A stretch of 64,000 bases of DNA from Octopus sinensis (Eukaryota): assembly GCF_006345805.1 (NCBI RefSeq), contig NC_043018.1, positions 13,888,001 to 13,952,000 on the forward strand, written 5' to 3'. Shown piece by piece: positions 40,366-54,574 of the stretch. A program made the translations under genes and the position numbers. The notes beneath the pieces are model-generated. The model was not told the origin of the DNA. It made no database searches and saw only the letters and a program-made list of their open reading frames with translations. Each line of letters opens with the position of its first letter. The stretch's first letter is position 1.

Positions 40366-41097
40366 CATAATACACAATTTAAATGCCGGCCTTACTTCAG
40401 AACAACGATAGCTTTAGGGTCAGGTACAAACGAGTTGATTAATCATGTGCAATTAATATTTAATACATCATTTCCATTTCAATTCTGGCTTTATTTCAGC
40501 AAAGCGATAATTTTAATATCACGTACACAGGATTTGATTAATTTCGTGCAATTAATATTTAATATATCATTTCCAACGAAACCGTGATTTTTGTCGCAGT
40601 GTGCAATTACTACATGTTCATTTTCAAGTCGAATGTCACTTTCTAGAATGTCTCAAAACAGCCCCATAGTTTGAGGCTTCAAACTGGTGAACTTGCAGAT
40701 GATTTTGCGAAGATGTTTGTTGACTAATGAGTTTCCAAAAATTTCCTGAATTAAGTCTTGTTAGCAGAATACACCTGTATATCTAAATTGGTATCATTCA
40801 GTTTAACTTGAAGCTAAATACTCTTTCTTTTCGATGCTATTTGTTAAATAAATTTAGGTTTCGCAATCAGAGCTCCTCTGCGTTATTTTCTTTAATAAGC
40901 ACAACATTTTCTTTTAAAAGGTAAAAGCTAATCAAACAGGTCCCTTTTGTTGCACAATTTTCAATTATTTCTAATTACGGGATATTGTTTTCTCTTCACA
41001 AGAACGTGTTTATAATCACTGGAGCTCTTTATTTAGAACATTTTCTTCATTTTGGCCAAGTGACAAATAACTTTTGGCTTAAACTTATAAGAAATAT

Positions 41098-41490
41098 TCT
41101 TTTCTATTCTAGGCACAAGGTCCAAAATTACACAACTGGTACTAAATTTATCAACCCCGAAAGGATAAAAGGCAAAGTCGACCTCGGCGGAATTTGAACT
41201 CCGAACATAAAGACAGACGAAATACCGTTATGCATTTCGCCCGGTGTGCTAACGTTTCTTATTTCTTTATTGCCTACAAGTGGTTAAACAGAGAGGGGAC
41301 AAACAAGGACAGATATAGGGATTAAGTCGATTACATCGACCCCAGTGCGTAACTAGTACTTAATTTATCGACCCCGAAAGGATGAAAGGCAAACTCGACC
41401 TCGGTGGAATTTGAACTCAGAACGTAACAGTAGACGAAATACCGCTAAGCATTTCGCCAAGTGTGCTAACGTTTCTGCCAGCTCGTCTCC
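41098..41490 (-). mobile_element. Two tandem SINE family B copies
   Basis: Repeated core and head in reverse complement. Confidence 0.85.
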
Positions 41491-42446
41491 CTATTTGAAA
41501 CCAATATTACTTGTATAATGTTACCATACACTCCGAGTAGTATATATCTCGACTGCAGGTTTTCCAACACGCTTTATCTATAGAATGTATGATACAAAAA
41601 CTAACAATGAGTCTTATTTGAACAATTCCTCTTTAACACTCTGCTCACCTTGTTCTAGCTTATCAAACCTTGGCTATCAAAAGTCTTCAGCAAAACCTAT
41701 TAGATTCAGAGTAAAGGCAGGTATTTTAAATGGGGCTGCTGTTAAGATAACAAAGGCAGAAATTTTATATATTTGCACGGAAATGAATAAAACAAATGCA
41801 CATAATTTTAAAAACATATTGTTAGAAGTACCCAAGCAGAAGATTACTGGCTACGATGTATTTGGGTACTTCCTAACACTATCCATTATTCAACTTTAGA
41901 ATTATTTACTAGTACAACGAAATGAACCGATAAGCATTGTTTGATATATCTGATGTTGATAAACACCAATATCTTCGGAGTAAGTTCTCTCAAGTTTCTA
42001 ATTTTATCTCAGTTTATTCTTACTTATAATCAACCATTTGCACGCTGCCTTTACTCTGAATCTAATAGGTTTTGTATCCTCCTGTCTTCTTTGGTATCAC
42101 AGAAGCATAATTTTGCCGATTAATTGTTTGTTTGATTTTCAAAGGACGATAATTCTTAGTTCCTAATCGTCCTCTTCATTATTTTCCTGAGTAGGGTGCA
42201 TCATTTTTTTTAAGGGATCGTTCCTCATCAACTATTTAACATGTCTAATACGTCGGCTAAGAAAGATTTATACGGGTTAAAACTCTATTTTGTTCTTTGA
42301 TTAGTAATAGGTGATGGTCAGGCACTTTGAATATCGACTAATATATTTCGATGGTATTGAAATTTGTCTTTTGAGACCCACTACTTTCAACTCCCTTTGC
42401 TATCATACGGTATTAAAGGAGGTTTTTTTCTCGGTATCCATTAGAG

Positions 42447-42537
42447 CAGCGACCCCCGACCATTTTAAGTACTACGGATCAGTTTTACTGTAGACAGATT
42501 TTCCACAGACCTGGGAATCATGCACTTCACACACACA

Positions 42538-42568
<31 letters not shown>

Positions 42569-42696
42569 TGCCATATAATATATATATGAAGCAAAATCAC
42601 TCTGCTGGCTGTTATAGAAATGAAAATCTGTGAGATCCGGCACCAAATGAACCACAGTCTGACACTGGTCTGCTACCTGTTGATTGGAGACCCCTC
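42447..42696. mobile_element. hAT (Charlie-like) MITE
   Basis: Decayed TIRs cagcgacccccgacc / gattggagacccctc; 8-bp flanks cattagag and tattacag match at 6/8. Confidence 0.5.
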
Positions 42697-42989
42697 TATT
42701 ACAGAATTTTGTGGCTTCATGAAACTAAAACAACCTATCACTGAAACAAGTGAAGGCGTTAAGCCTTTTGTTCTTTATCTCTAGTTTCGTTCCAAAGACG
42801 GAACACAGCGTTTTGAATTGTTCTGTGGTCTGTGGATAGCATCGGAAGTTGTACATGGACATTCCCACACAAATTCCCACCGTTCTTTTGGTTATTTCAA
42901 TGGCCCCCCCACCCTGTTCGTTACCAGAAAAGTAACGATAAACCCTGAATTCCTAACTCTGTTGTTGTGCCTCATCAGGCATTGCAATA

Positions 42990-43410
42990 TTTATTTCTTT
43001 ATTGCCCACAAGGGGGCTACCCACAGAGGGGACAAACAAGGACAGACAGGGATTAAGTCGATTACATCGACCCCAATGCGTAACTGGTTCTCACTTAATC
43101 GACCCCAAAAGGATGAAAGGCAAAGTTGATCTCAGCGGAACTTGAACTCAGAACGTACCCTTCAGACGAAATACCTATTTCTTTACTACCCACAAGGGGC
43201 TAAACACAGAGAGGACAAACAAGGACAGACAAACGGATTAAGTCGATTATATCGACCCCAGTGCGTAACTGGTACTTATTTAATCGACCCCGAAAGGATG
43301 AAAGGCACCGTCGACCTCGGGGGAATTTGAACTCAGAACGTAGCGGCGGACGAAATACCGCAAAGCATTTCGTTCGGCGTGCTAACGTTTCTGCCGGCTC
43401 GCCTCCTTAT
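42990..43410 (-). mobile_element. SINE family B dimer
   Basis: Two units joined at gaaatacctatttcttt (43168-43184). Confidence 0.88.
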
Positions 43411-44296
43411 TAATTCTTGGTCAGTTGTGCAACGCTCTAGCTCACAATGTTCCTCCCACTCTTCTTCCGTTTTCACAATTGCACGTTTTGGTTCCGCACT
43501 TATTTTCCCTCCATTAATGGAAAATCTATCAGCCTTCATGTTGCCATTGACATACCATGAGGGAAACCCGTATGTCTTCCCAGATGCATAAGCAAGCTAT
43601 TTTCTTCCTTTTACTCACTCTTTGATAAAGGCGTGATATCTTATGCAGCTTTCTCGGTCACGAAGTTCTCCAAGACAAAATATTTTCGAACGTCAAATAA
43701 TTTTAATCAAAATCCATCAGTTGAAAATAATTCAAGTGAAACAACGAAGAATGGAAACTCCTTCCTTGTCTCTCAGTGTGTCATTTTCATTTATTGCTTT
43801 GATTGGTGGAATGACAGGCATGTACCACAGGGCAACAGAAGTGTGTGTATGCATTGTTGTTATTTTTATTGATGATGATGTTATTTGCTATATCCTTACA
43901 AATAACTTTGTTTTTGCATCATTCTTCCAATAAATTATTACATTCTGCTCCTTGTAAAATATTAAAACTTTCCTGGGTGAGTAAATATATTTTCCAGTGG
44001 CTGTTTATTCAAATGATTGTTTTTTCCTTATCGCAAGCGTTATATCTCTATCCAGTGGTGGCCATTTATTTTACATAAGCACCAAACATAATACTTCAAA
44101 TGAATTAGAATGACCTATATTTATTTGGTTCTTCCCAGACGGAAGAGGAATTCAAACGTGGCACCAAAACAAAAAAGTTCTCAGAAAGAAACATCAAAAC
44201 AAAAAAGAAATGCCCTCACGTTAACACCTGTTTAATATCAGATTCTACAGAGCGCCAAACTCACTTATCTTTTCAGGTCTGATGCAAGTGATAATA

Positions 44297-44347
<51 letters not shown>

Positions 44348-44570
44348 TAATAATAATAATAATATTAATAACAATAACAAAAATAACAAAAATAACAATA
44401 AAAACAACAATAACAACTGTTTCTCACAAAGGTGTCAGAAAGAATGGAAATTCCCCCGAAATGATGGCGCTTTTACACCATTTAACCATTTATGATAGGC
44501 AAATCGGTAAATGGAAATAAAAGTAAAAACATTAGAAATTCCAAGCCCCATATGAATACATGCATATATA

Positions 44571-44629
<59 letters not shown>

Positions 44630-44752
44630 TTTGTGTATGCATGTTTGTGTGAGTATATAGATACATACATACATACATATATATATATATTATATATACA
44701 TATGTATGTATGCATATATACACATACATAATCGAATAGTTTTATATTTCTA

Positions 44753-44796
<44 letters not shown>

Positions 44797-44947
44797 TGTA
44801 TTTATATATATATACACATGCATATATGTATATATATATATATATACATATATGTATATATATATAAATATATACACATATATATGTATGTATGTATATA
44901 TATATATACACACACATATATGTATGTATATGTATATATATATAATG

Positions 44948-44979
<32 letters not shown>

Positions 44980-45736
44980 ATATATCTGTATATTCTATAT
45001 ATGTGTCTGCAAATGCATATATATGTGTGTATATACACATATGTCTGTGCGTTGTAAGTGAGGCGTGCGAGTGTGTGTGAGTATGCGTGGATGTGTGCGT
45101 GTGTGTGTATGTGTATGCGCGTGCGTGCGTGCGTGTGTATGCGTGTGTGTGCGTGTGTGTGAAGCATCAATAAATGATATCGGAAATTATCCACAGTAGA
45201 TTTCATAGTGGTAAAGATACAGAGGCAAGTAATAATAATAAAACAAAAAAAAAAGAAAAAAGACTCAGTTTTATTGTAGCATCTAAACAATAAAGCAGGG
45301 AAACAGATAAATTTAATTCTGTTTACAAACGTTTCAACTGATAAAACAGAAATCATCAAACAGAGGAACTGTGAGCAGAAAATTAGATTTTCTCTTTTCT
45401 GCTTGTTTCAGTAAATGTTTCTAGAAAATACAACGTAATGATCTGTTCTGCATTTTCTGTGTTAACTGGTGTGCAGTAAATACTCAGACTACTATCTGCA
45501 TGGAAAGTAATACAGTAGTGCTAATATTATTACAACTATTTTAGCAACTGCGAGGAAGAGAAACAATTCCGAATATAGTTTGTGCTTCATGAAATTTACT
45601 TCATTAGGACATTTTGCCGACGTTCTCTTTAATAGGTTCCTTATCATGAAACAAATGGTAGCCTTAATATACAAATGAATAACTTTTAACCACCAATGAG
45701 GTGTTGAGCACTCGTTCTCCTTGTTCGATATTTACG

Positions 45737-45772
<36 letters not shown>

Positions 45773-45855
45773 CTATATATATATACATACATACATATAT
45801 TTGTGTATGTGTGTTCGTGTGAGTATATATATATATATAGATATATACACATAAA

Positions 45856-45928
45856 GGAGCACTCCGTCGGTTACGACGATGAGGGTCCCAGCTGATACGA
45901 TCAACGGAACAGCCTGCTCGTTAAATTA
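45856..45928 (-). mobile_element. SINE family C tail-2 fragment
   Basis: Matches 12420-12490. Confidence 0.8.
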
Positions 45929-46020
45929 ATTATTTAATACTTATATGCATATGTGTGTATGCCCCAACATGGCCGCATGTAAATGACTGAAATAAGTAAC
46001 AGAATGTACATATATATATA

Positions 46021-46216
46021 ATGGTTGTATACTGTCAATCTAACACGAACACAGGAAATATGTGTCAAAGCCATGAGGAGGCGTCGATGCTTCCTAGGGC
46101 TAAACAGCGCTGGTGTACCCCCCTACTGTCACGTTCATGTTAGATTGACAGTATACAACCATTCTATCGCCCAACCACCGTACATGTCTCTAAGAGAGAT
46201 TTAGAAATTTAGTATT

Positions 46217-46220
<4 letters not shown>
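46021..46220. repeat. Asymmetric fold-back element, copy 2
   Basis: Inverted arms at 46021-46050 and 46133-46162, plus the one-sided end. Confidence 0.75.
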
Positions 46221-46278
<58 letters not shown>

Positions 46279-46935
46279 TAATTAAGGGCTAAAGAGGGTT
46301 ATTCTAAAGCCAATACACTGATTTATCCACTTATAATCCGCTTGCTACAGGAGAATTGAAACTGAAACTGAATATATATATATTGTTGCTGACAGAATTT
46401 CCAAAATATCAATAGAACCTGAAGAAATTCTCGTTTGGAAACGTGTATCTCGAGGCACACACACATGTATATATACAAACATATAAATACATACATACAT
46501 GCATATATATATATATTTGAAATTTATAGAAAAAACAAATTACTAAGTCAAGTGTATGAACGACAATCAAGTGTATTAGTTTGACGCTTGGGAACATGGA
46601 AACGTCTTTTACGTTTCGTGCCTACGTTCTTCAACAGAAAGGAATAAAAAGAAATAAACACAGAGAGGTAGATTTCAGCGAATATATACAAAATGTAAAT
46701 GTGGGCTTTTCAACCCAATGCAAACATATTTTTATTTGTAGCTTTAAATGCTTCCAGCTACTGTTTCAAAAAGAATTATACATACATGGTCATGCATATA
46801 CATAGATACATACATAACTCATAAATACATTATATATATATATATTTATATGCATATACACATATTCATATACACAGATACACTCACACACGCATATGTA
46901 TATATATATCTATATTAGAGGTGATGTACAGGTAT

Positions 46936-46974
<39 letters not shown>

Positions 46975-46989
46975 TATATATATATAGGC

Positions 46990-47470
46990 GCATGAATGCG
47001 TGGTAAGTAGCTTGCTTACCAGCTACATGGTTCCGTGTTCAGTCGCACTGCATGGTACCTTGGGCAAGTGGCTTCTACTATAGCCTCGGGCCTACCAAAG
47101 CCTTTTGAGTGGATTTGGTTACAGAAACTTAAAGAAGCCTTTCGTGTATATATATATGACGGAAACTGAAGGAAGCCCGTCGTATATATATACATATATA
47201 TATATATATATAATATATATATATATATATAATATATATATATATATATGTATGTATATATATATATATCTATGTGTGTGTGTGTATATGTTTGTGTGTC
47301 TGTGTTGTCCCCCCAACATCGCTCGACAACAGATCCTGGTGTATTTACGTCCCCGTAACTTAGCGGTTTGATAAAATAGATCAATGGAATTAGTACAAGG
47401 CTTCGAAAGAATAAGTTCTGGGGTCGATTTGCTCGACTAAAGGCGGTACTCCAGCATGGCCGCAGTCAAA
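46990..47470 (+). mobile_element. SINE family A with an internal duplication
   Basis: Head, duplicated gaaact..aagaagcc..cgtatata segment, tail. Confidence 0.85.
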
Positions 47471-47657
47471 TATACATATATATATACGTATATACATACA
47501 TATATATATATACACGCATATATATATATATATATATACATATATAGAAAGCGAGAAGGAGAGACAGACACATAGGTAGACAAACAGACAAATAGATAGA
47601 TAGATTAAATAACTATTCGTATTGGGCATATAGATTGAGAGTTAGATAGATAGTTAT

Positions 47658-47706
<49 letters not shown>

Positions 47707-47734
47707 AAGATAGATAGGTAGGTAGGTAGGTAGG

Positions 47735-47801
<67 letters not shown>

Positions 47802-48454
47802 GTAGGTAGATAGGTATATAGATAGGTAGATAGATAGATATTCGTGGATCGTGCATAAAATAACGATGGACATTAAGAAAGAGGGATGGTTTGGTAATAA
47901 GAACAAGTGTATTGGAATATAAATAAAAAAGAGTCGAAATAACGTATCGCATTTTATGAGGCTGAGAAGTCAACATGACATCGACGAAAACATGGATGAT
48001 TTCAATGAACTGTTCTGGACCATAAAAGCAAAACATAAATGGTTGCAGTGATAAAGGGGAAAAAATGAAGTATTACGGAGGATATAATAGGTTGCATAAC
48101 ACATAAACTATAGAAAGAAAGCGTTGAGATGAGAGAAGAGGCCAGAAATATACGCAGTGAGTTGCTTTGATAATAAAGTTGTCAGTAATGTTAGGGGAAT
48201 ACATTGCCCCCATGAAACGTTCACATGCACGTATATAAACATGTAAACATATATGCAATATGTATGTACCCGTGTGTGTATGTGTGTGTGTGTGTGAGCA
48301 TGTGAGCGTGTGTGTGTGTGTGTGTGTGCTTGCGTGTACCTGTGTGTATGCAGATATAAAAACATGCGCGCGTACACAAATGCACATATAAAGTTACATA
48401 TACTCGTACAGTAACTACGACCACAATAACAATGATGGCATATTCGATAATAGA

Positions 48455-48772
48455 ATAATAATAATGATAATAATGATAATAATAATAATAAGAAGAAGAA
48501 AAAGAAGTAGAAGAAAAGAAGAAGAAGAGAAGAAAAGAAGAAGAGAAGAAAAGAAGAAGAAGAAGAAAAGAAGAAGAAGAAGAAGAAGAAGAAGAAGAAG
48601 AAAAGAAGAAGAAGAGAAGAAGAAGAAGAATGATAATAATAATAATATAATAATAATAATAATATAATAATAATAATAATAATAATATAATAATAATAAT
48701 AATAATAATAATGTCACTTTGATGGCATGCACTGCTCTCTCACTCAATAATAATAGTAATAATAATAATAAT
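48455..48772. repeat. (AAT)n/(AAG)n compound microsatellite
   Basis: Direct reading. Confidence 0.95.
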
Positions 48773-48854
48773 CCTTTCTACAGGGCCTGAAATTTGGTGG
48801 GTAGTAGGAGGAGTAGAAAATATATGTTTGAAGTATGGATACGAGGTAACGGCT

Positions 48855-49370
48855 GCCGGGTACCAACATACTCAGAAAAAGGTAGGCATTGTGCGAAAGG
48901 GAGATGGCAAAGACCCTCCGAGACTTTGACTTCCAGACAGACGTGGTGTCAGAGTACCGAAGGCCAGATATAGTAGACTTTAGGAAGTACAAGCAAGAGT
49001 ACCTAAGTGCCAAGAAATCAAAATATTATAATGAAATAAAGAGAAAAATTGACAAATATGGAGATCTGAAGTTTGAGATCACCAAGGTGTGACAGCTGCG
49101 AGATTCAAACATAAAACATAAAGATTTCCCCTGTTGTTATCGGAGAGTTGGGTTCAATACCAGCCAACATGAAGAACCATCTGCACACTTTAGAAATATC
49201 CTACAATTTTGGTGAATTGCAATTATCGGCTTTGCTTGGAACTGGATGCATATTGTGCAAAGGACAGTCTGTCTGAGGTCCTTTGGGGTTTGACAGTCAG
49301 TACAAATCACTTGTACTTACAATATCTCCAATCTACAACATCACAATATTGGAAACTGTGTAACGTCTTC
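48855..49370 (+). mobile_element. R4/Dong-clade LINE 3' part (family R4-a)
   Basis: DFDFQTDVVSEYRRPDIV..KIDKYGDLKFEITKV..PVVIGELG..LQLSALLGTG. Confidence 0.8.
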
Positions 49371-49421
49371 AAAAGTAATAGCAACGACGACAACAACAAC
49401 ATCAACAGCAACATCCGTAGT

Positions 49422-49790
49422 GGAGGCGCAATGACCCAATGGTAAGGGCAGCTGACTCGCGGTCGGAGGATCGTGGTTTCGATTCCCAGACCAGGCGTTG
49501 TGTATATTTATTGAGACAAAACACCTAAAGCTCCACGAGGATCCGGCAGGGGGTGGTGGCGACCCCTGTTTGTACTCTTTCGCTTCAACTTTCTCTCACT
49601 CTTTCTTCCTGTTTCTTGTCCCTGACTTCCTACGCAACCACTGAACCTGGATGCGCATTCAGACATCCGTCGATGCTCTCGATGTCAGGAGTTGACCTGC
49701 TTTCTCTTCTGCGGGTCTTATGAATAGCAAAGGACCACGTTTCGGACTTCTCCCATCTTGCGAGCTCTGGGACGAAAGCCGTTTCCTCAA
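49422..49790 (+). mobile_element. SINE family C, tail type 3 ending in (CAG/CAA)n
   Basis: Head and body shared to about 49615; different tail thereafter. Confidence 0.8.
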
Positions 49791-51024
49791 CAGCAACAGC
49801 AGCAACAAAAACAACAACAGCAACACCAGTAAACGTAGTTGTAATGCTAGTGGTCCCGCTAATAATAACAAGAATAATAACTAGTGATAATAGCACGAAA
49901 AATAGCAATAATTAAAATAATTATAATCTCATTAAAATCATAGTAGTAGTAAAAAATAATGATAACCATTCCACACTTTGACTCGAGGCCACTAATCTTG
50001 GGTAAAGAGAATAATCGAATCCATCACACCTAGTCCTTAACTGGCACTAATTTTATCGACATCCTCCCCATGAAAATAATTCATGACAACAAAAATACCA
50101 AGTGCAACACAACGAAGATAGGAACAGGCAAATCAAATAACTAATCGTATTTGTCATTGGTGAAGTATTTCATTGTGACCATTCTTACATTAGCTGTTAC
50201 TTTAAAATGCAAAGTAAGGAAGAAAGAGATTTATAAAATACACATACAATAATGTTAAGTGCACCAGGGATTAAGACCTGAACGATCATCAATTATCACA
50301 CACCCTCACATAAAAATCTAGTGAAGGAGGCGAAAGTCAAGCTGAGTGTAGTTATAAATTAGTATTTTAATCGATGCCTGCACGTGACAATCAATTCGTT
50401 AAGCTTGTTAAGTAAATGTTACCTATCAGTAGCATTAATGGCCTTATCCTCTCTTAAATCTAATCAAAGGGCAACACGCCCTCCGCCTGATAAGGAAGAT
50501 GTGGTATCGATAATAACCGTACTGGAGCTTAAATTCCATTCTTTTCGAATGTTATATTTAGTTAATGAAGTAAGTAGACAGTCGTAGATGTTCATTATGA
50601 GACGAGTAAAGATGCATAGAGAACCAGATTTCGACAAAGCCGGCTATAGAACCTCCAGAATATATCGTGCTGTTATGAGTACCAAATTTCTAATACAATT
50701 ACTATCTAATGGACACATTTCTGACGTCCTACAATTACAATTATAAACGTTAAATCTAATTTACTGGGTGCAGTAGAAGAAGTAGCTTGATATTAATACA
50801 GGACGTAGCTTAATATTAATACAATGATTAATACTAACACAGGGAATTCAACGGGCTTAAAGACTGAAAATCCGTAAGCCTGTTGAATTCCCTGTATCAA
50901 CATTAACTTTGGCTACGCGCGATGAAACAAAAACTCGGCTTAATAGCTTAAATCTGTTTCAGAAATAATTCCATTGTTTCTAAGCCAGATATTTTCATAT
51001 CTCTTATAGTTATTCTTTTAAACG

Positions 51025-51480
51025 AATTTGGAAGAGGGTGGATGTGGACGCAATTCAATTTGGTGTTATGCCAGGTAGGGGAACAATAGGCGCAGTGTTC
51101 ATTGTAAGGAGATTGCAAGAGGAATACTGAGATAAGGAGAAGGAGTTGTACATGTGCTTCGTTCTTCTGGAGAAGGCATTTGATAGGGTTCCAAGGAAGG
51201 TGATTGAGTGGGCATTGAGGAAGAGAGGTGTACTAGAGGTAATATTGAGGGCAATGATGAGTTTGTATGAGGGGCTAAAGACAAGAGTCAGAATTGGATC
51301 AGAGCTGTCGAAGGAGTTTACATCAGGGATCTGTGTTGTGATCGTTGTTATTTGCAATTGAGGTTGATGTGTTGACGGAAAGTGCAAGAACAGGATTGAT
51401 AACGGAGATACTGTATGCGGACGACCTTGTTCTGATGAGTGAACGATGCGGGGATTGAGGGAGAGGTTTGGGAGATGGAA
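51025..51480 (+). mobile_element. RTE-clade LINE RT fragment
   Basis: [61 protein letters not shown] (YADD at 51414-51425). Confidence 0.88.
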
Positions 51481-51659
51481 CTTAAAATAGGTCTTACATT
51501 CCTGTTGAAATTGAGGGGACATGAAAAAAGACCATAGACTCATGATGGAATGAGGTTTGAAAATTACTTTCAGGCATAACAAAGAAATTGTGATTTCTTT
51601 CATAAAACCCTTAACCACCATTTTAGTTTATTTTACTCTTAACAAAGCATTGAGAGTTA

Positions 51660-51960
51660 ATTTGGTAGAAGCAACCTGAAAAAGCCCGTTTAATATATAG
51701 TCTTTTATTCTTTTATTCGTTTCAGTCATTTGACTGCGGTCATGCTGGAGCACTGCCTTTAGTCGAACAATTCTTAGCGGTATTTCGTCTGCCGTTACGT
51801 TCTGAGTTCAAATTGCGCAGAGGTCGGCTTTGCCTTTCGTCCTTTCGGGTTCGATTAAATAAGTACCAGTTACGCACTGGGGTTGATGTAATTGATTTAA
51901 TGTCTTTGTCTGTCCTTTTTTGTCCTCTCTATGTTTAGCCCTTGTGGGAAATAAATGAAT
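51660..51960. mobile_element. SINE A tail (minus) abutting SINE B (plus)
   Basis: Motif matches to the fuller copies. Confidence 0.75.
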
Positions 51961-52271
51961 AAATAAATACACACACATATACATATACCCATGTATGCAT
52001 GTATGTATATATAAACTGGATGCTTTCAAATATAGAAGCTGATATTGCGTTAGGAACTATTGTTTTCAGTTGAAACAGTTGTGGAACTTGGGATTTATCG
52101 ATTATTTGATAGAGGAAATAAAATTCACAAGAAAATGTGACAAGAATTATTAATGGCGGTTATGGTATCTTATTGGCCAAAATTATTACAACAATAACAA
52201 CTAGAGCAATAGTAATCGAAAGATATTTCCGGATCTACCTTTGTTTCTGTCTCTCCGTCTCCCACTGTATG

Positions 52272-52361
<90 letters not shown>

Positions 52362-53252
52362 CTACCACTATTTGTGGAGAAGTTAAACAAATATCAAGAG
52401 AATATTGAGTTTTCTTATTAAATTTGAGCTAAATTTTTGAGATGGATATGGGACTTAGTAATGTTGAAAATAGATTGTGATAAGGATTGATATTAATAAA
52501 GTTAAATCAGTTAAAATATATGAAGAATACAAAATTAATTTCAATAAATTAAAATATTACAGATGAATTTAAATTAGCGTAAACAAAAATGGATAATGCA
52601 GACAGGTGGCGCTACTTGTGCATTGTCGAACGCTTGTTTGTATGTTGTTGTTCTACATGTTTCCGTTTTGTTCTGTGAAATTTAGATTGCTTGCTGTAAA
52701 TTCTGTGAAGTTTATTGTTTTCAAGTAATGGTGCTTACGAAAGGAAAGAACAGTAAAGAAACAAAATAAAAACAAAAAAAAAACAAAAGAAAAAAGTGAA
52801 TTTAAATAAATAATATAAAGGAAGCAGATAAATAAAACAAATAGACAGACAAATAAGCGATCGAATTGAAAAAGGTTAATTGAATTTAGAATTCAGATTA
52901 CGACACAAAAATCAAGAGGGAAAACATCAGCAGATAATGGATTTATATGTTTGGATCGGAGAAAATGCCAGATATACACATGAGCGAGAGAGAGAGAGAG
53001 AGAGGAAGAAGAGAGAGGGAGAGAGAGAGAGAGAGAGGGGGAGGAAGGAGAGAGAGGGAGAGGAAGGAGAGGTGGATGGTGGTGGTGGTGGTGGGGGCTA
53101 CATGGAGAAAAGGGAGAAACGTGTGGGAGACAGTGGAGGGGTAAGGAATTCAGCTTTCAATGGTAGATTGGGTTACTCGTTAAATTCATGCATTCGAAAT
53201 AGCGTTTGATATATATATATATGTATATATATATATACATATATGTATTATA

Positions 53253-53291
<39 letters not shown>

Positions 53292-53373
53292 CTATATATA
53301 CATAATATATACATATATATATATATATACATATATACATATATATGTGCCTATATATATATGTATATATATG

Positions 53374-53407
<34 letters not shown>

Positions 53408-53461
53408 ATATATAATATATAATATATGTATATATATTGTATATATATATGTATATATATG

Positions 53462-53521
<60 letters not shown>

Positions 53522-53928
53522 AATACTTATATACATATAAATATAAGTATGTATGTGTATGCATGCACATGCATATATATGTATGTATGTGTGTATGAAT
53601 GATGCTCATGCATTTGTGTGTGTACGTGTTTCATTAAGTAAGCATGTATGTGTAGGTGTATGTACGAATGGAATTTCTCATTCCATTATGCAACGATCCT
53701 AAAACTGGACCATCGTATTAGTAAATAAATCAAATTTAGAAAAACGTTGATGCATATGCACATACATATATATACATACATACATGCATGCATCCACGTA
53801 CATACATATATACATTCATACAAACATACATCCACGTACATACACACGTGTGTATGTATGCGTATATGCATATATATATACATATATATATACATATATA
53901 TAAATACATATATATATACATATATATA

Positions 53929-54023
<95 letters not shown>

Positions 54024-54574
54024 ATATATACTATATATAGATAGATATATATATATATATACAGAGAGAGAGAGAGAGAGAAAGACAGACAGACAGAGAG
54101 ATAGAGACAGACAGAGGCAGAGAAAGAGAGACTATGATTAACATAGTCGGAGTAGAGCATCATGTTTATAACGCGAAAGTCGTGAGTTGGATTTCCATGC
54201 CAACGAGAGAACTTTTCTCTTTAAATATGTACACATGCTTCAAGGCAATATCCAATCATGGCTCCGGTCCGCGACTGAAAGAAATAAGAACTAAAAGATA
54301 TGTGTTGTGAGTGTGTGTATGCGTGCGTGTGTATGTTCGTTTTGTAAGTACAATGAAGCATTTTTAGGAGCGGTTATAAGAGAAGAAAATGGAGAAAGAG
54401 AAGCTGTATTGAGGGGGAAAATAAATGAAGTACAATCAAGTGAGAGAGTAATAATGAGGACGGATATACGACAATGATAGAAGATAACACAAATGAGAGT
54501 ACAAAATGTGAACCCGACCGCTCTCAAAACTTAAGTGAAGAAGAAAAGAAAAAATAATCAAGGAGCTATATAAT

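Noticed and set aside
46426-46455. CTGAAGA...GAAACGTGTA hammerhead-like spacing
   Set aside because: Stems I and II do not pair.
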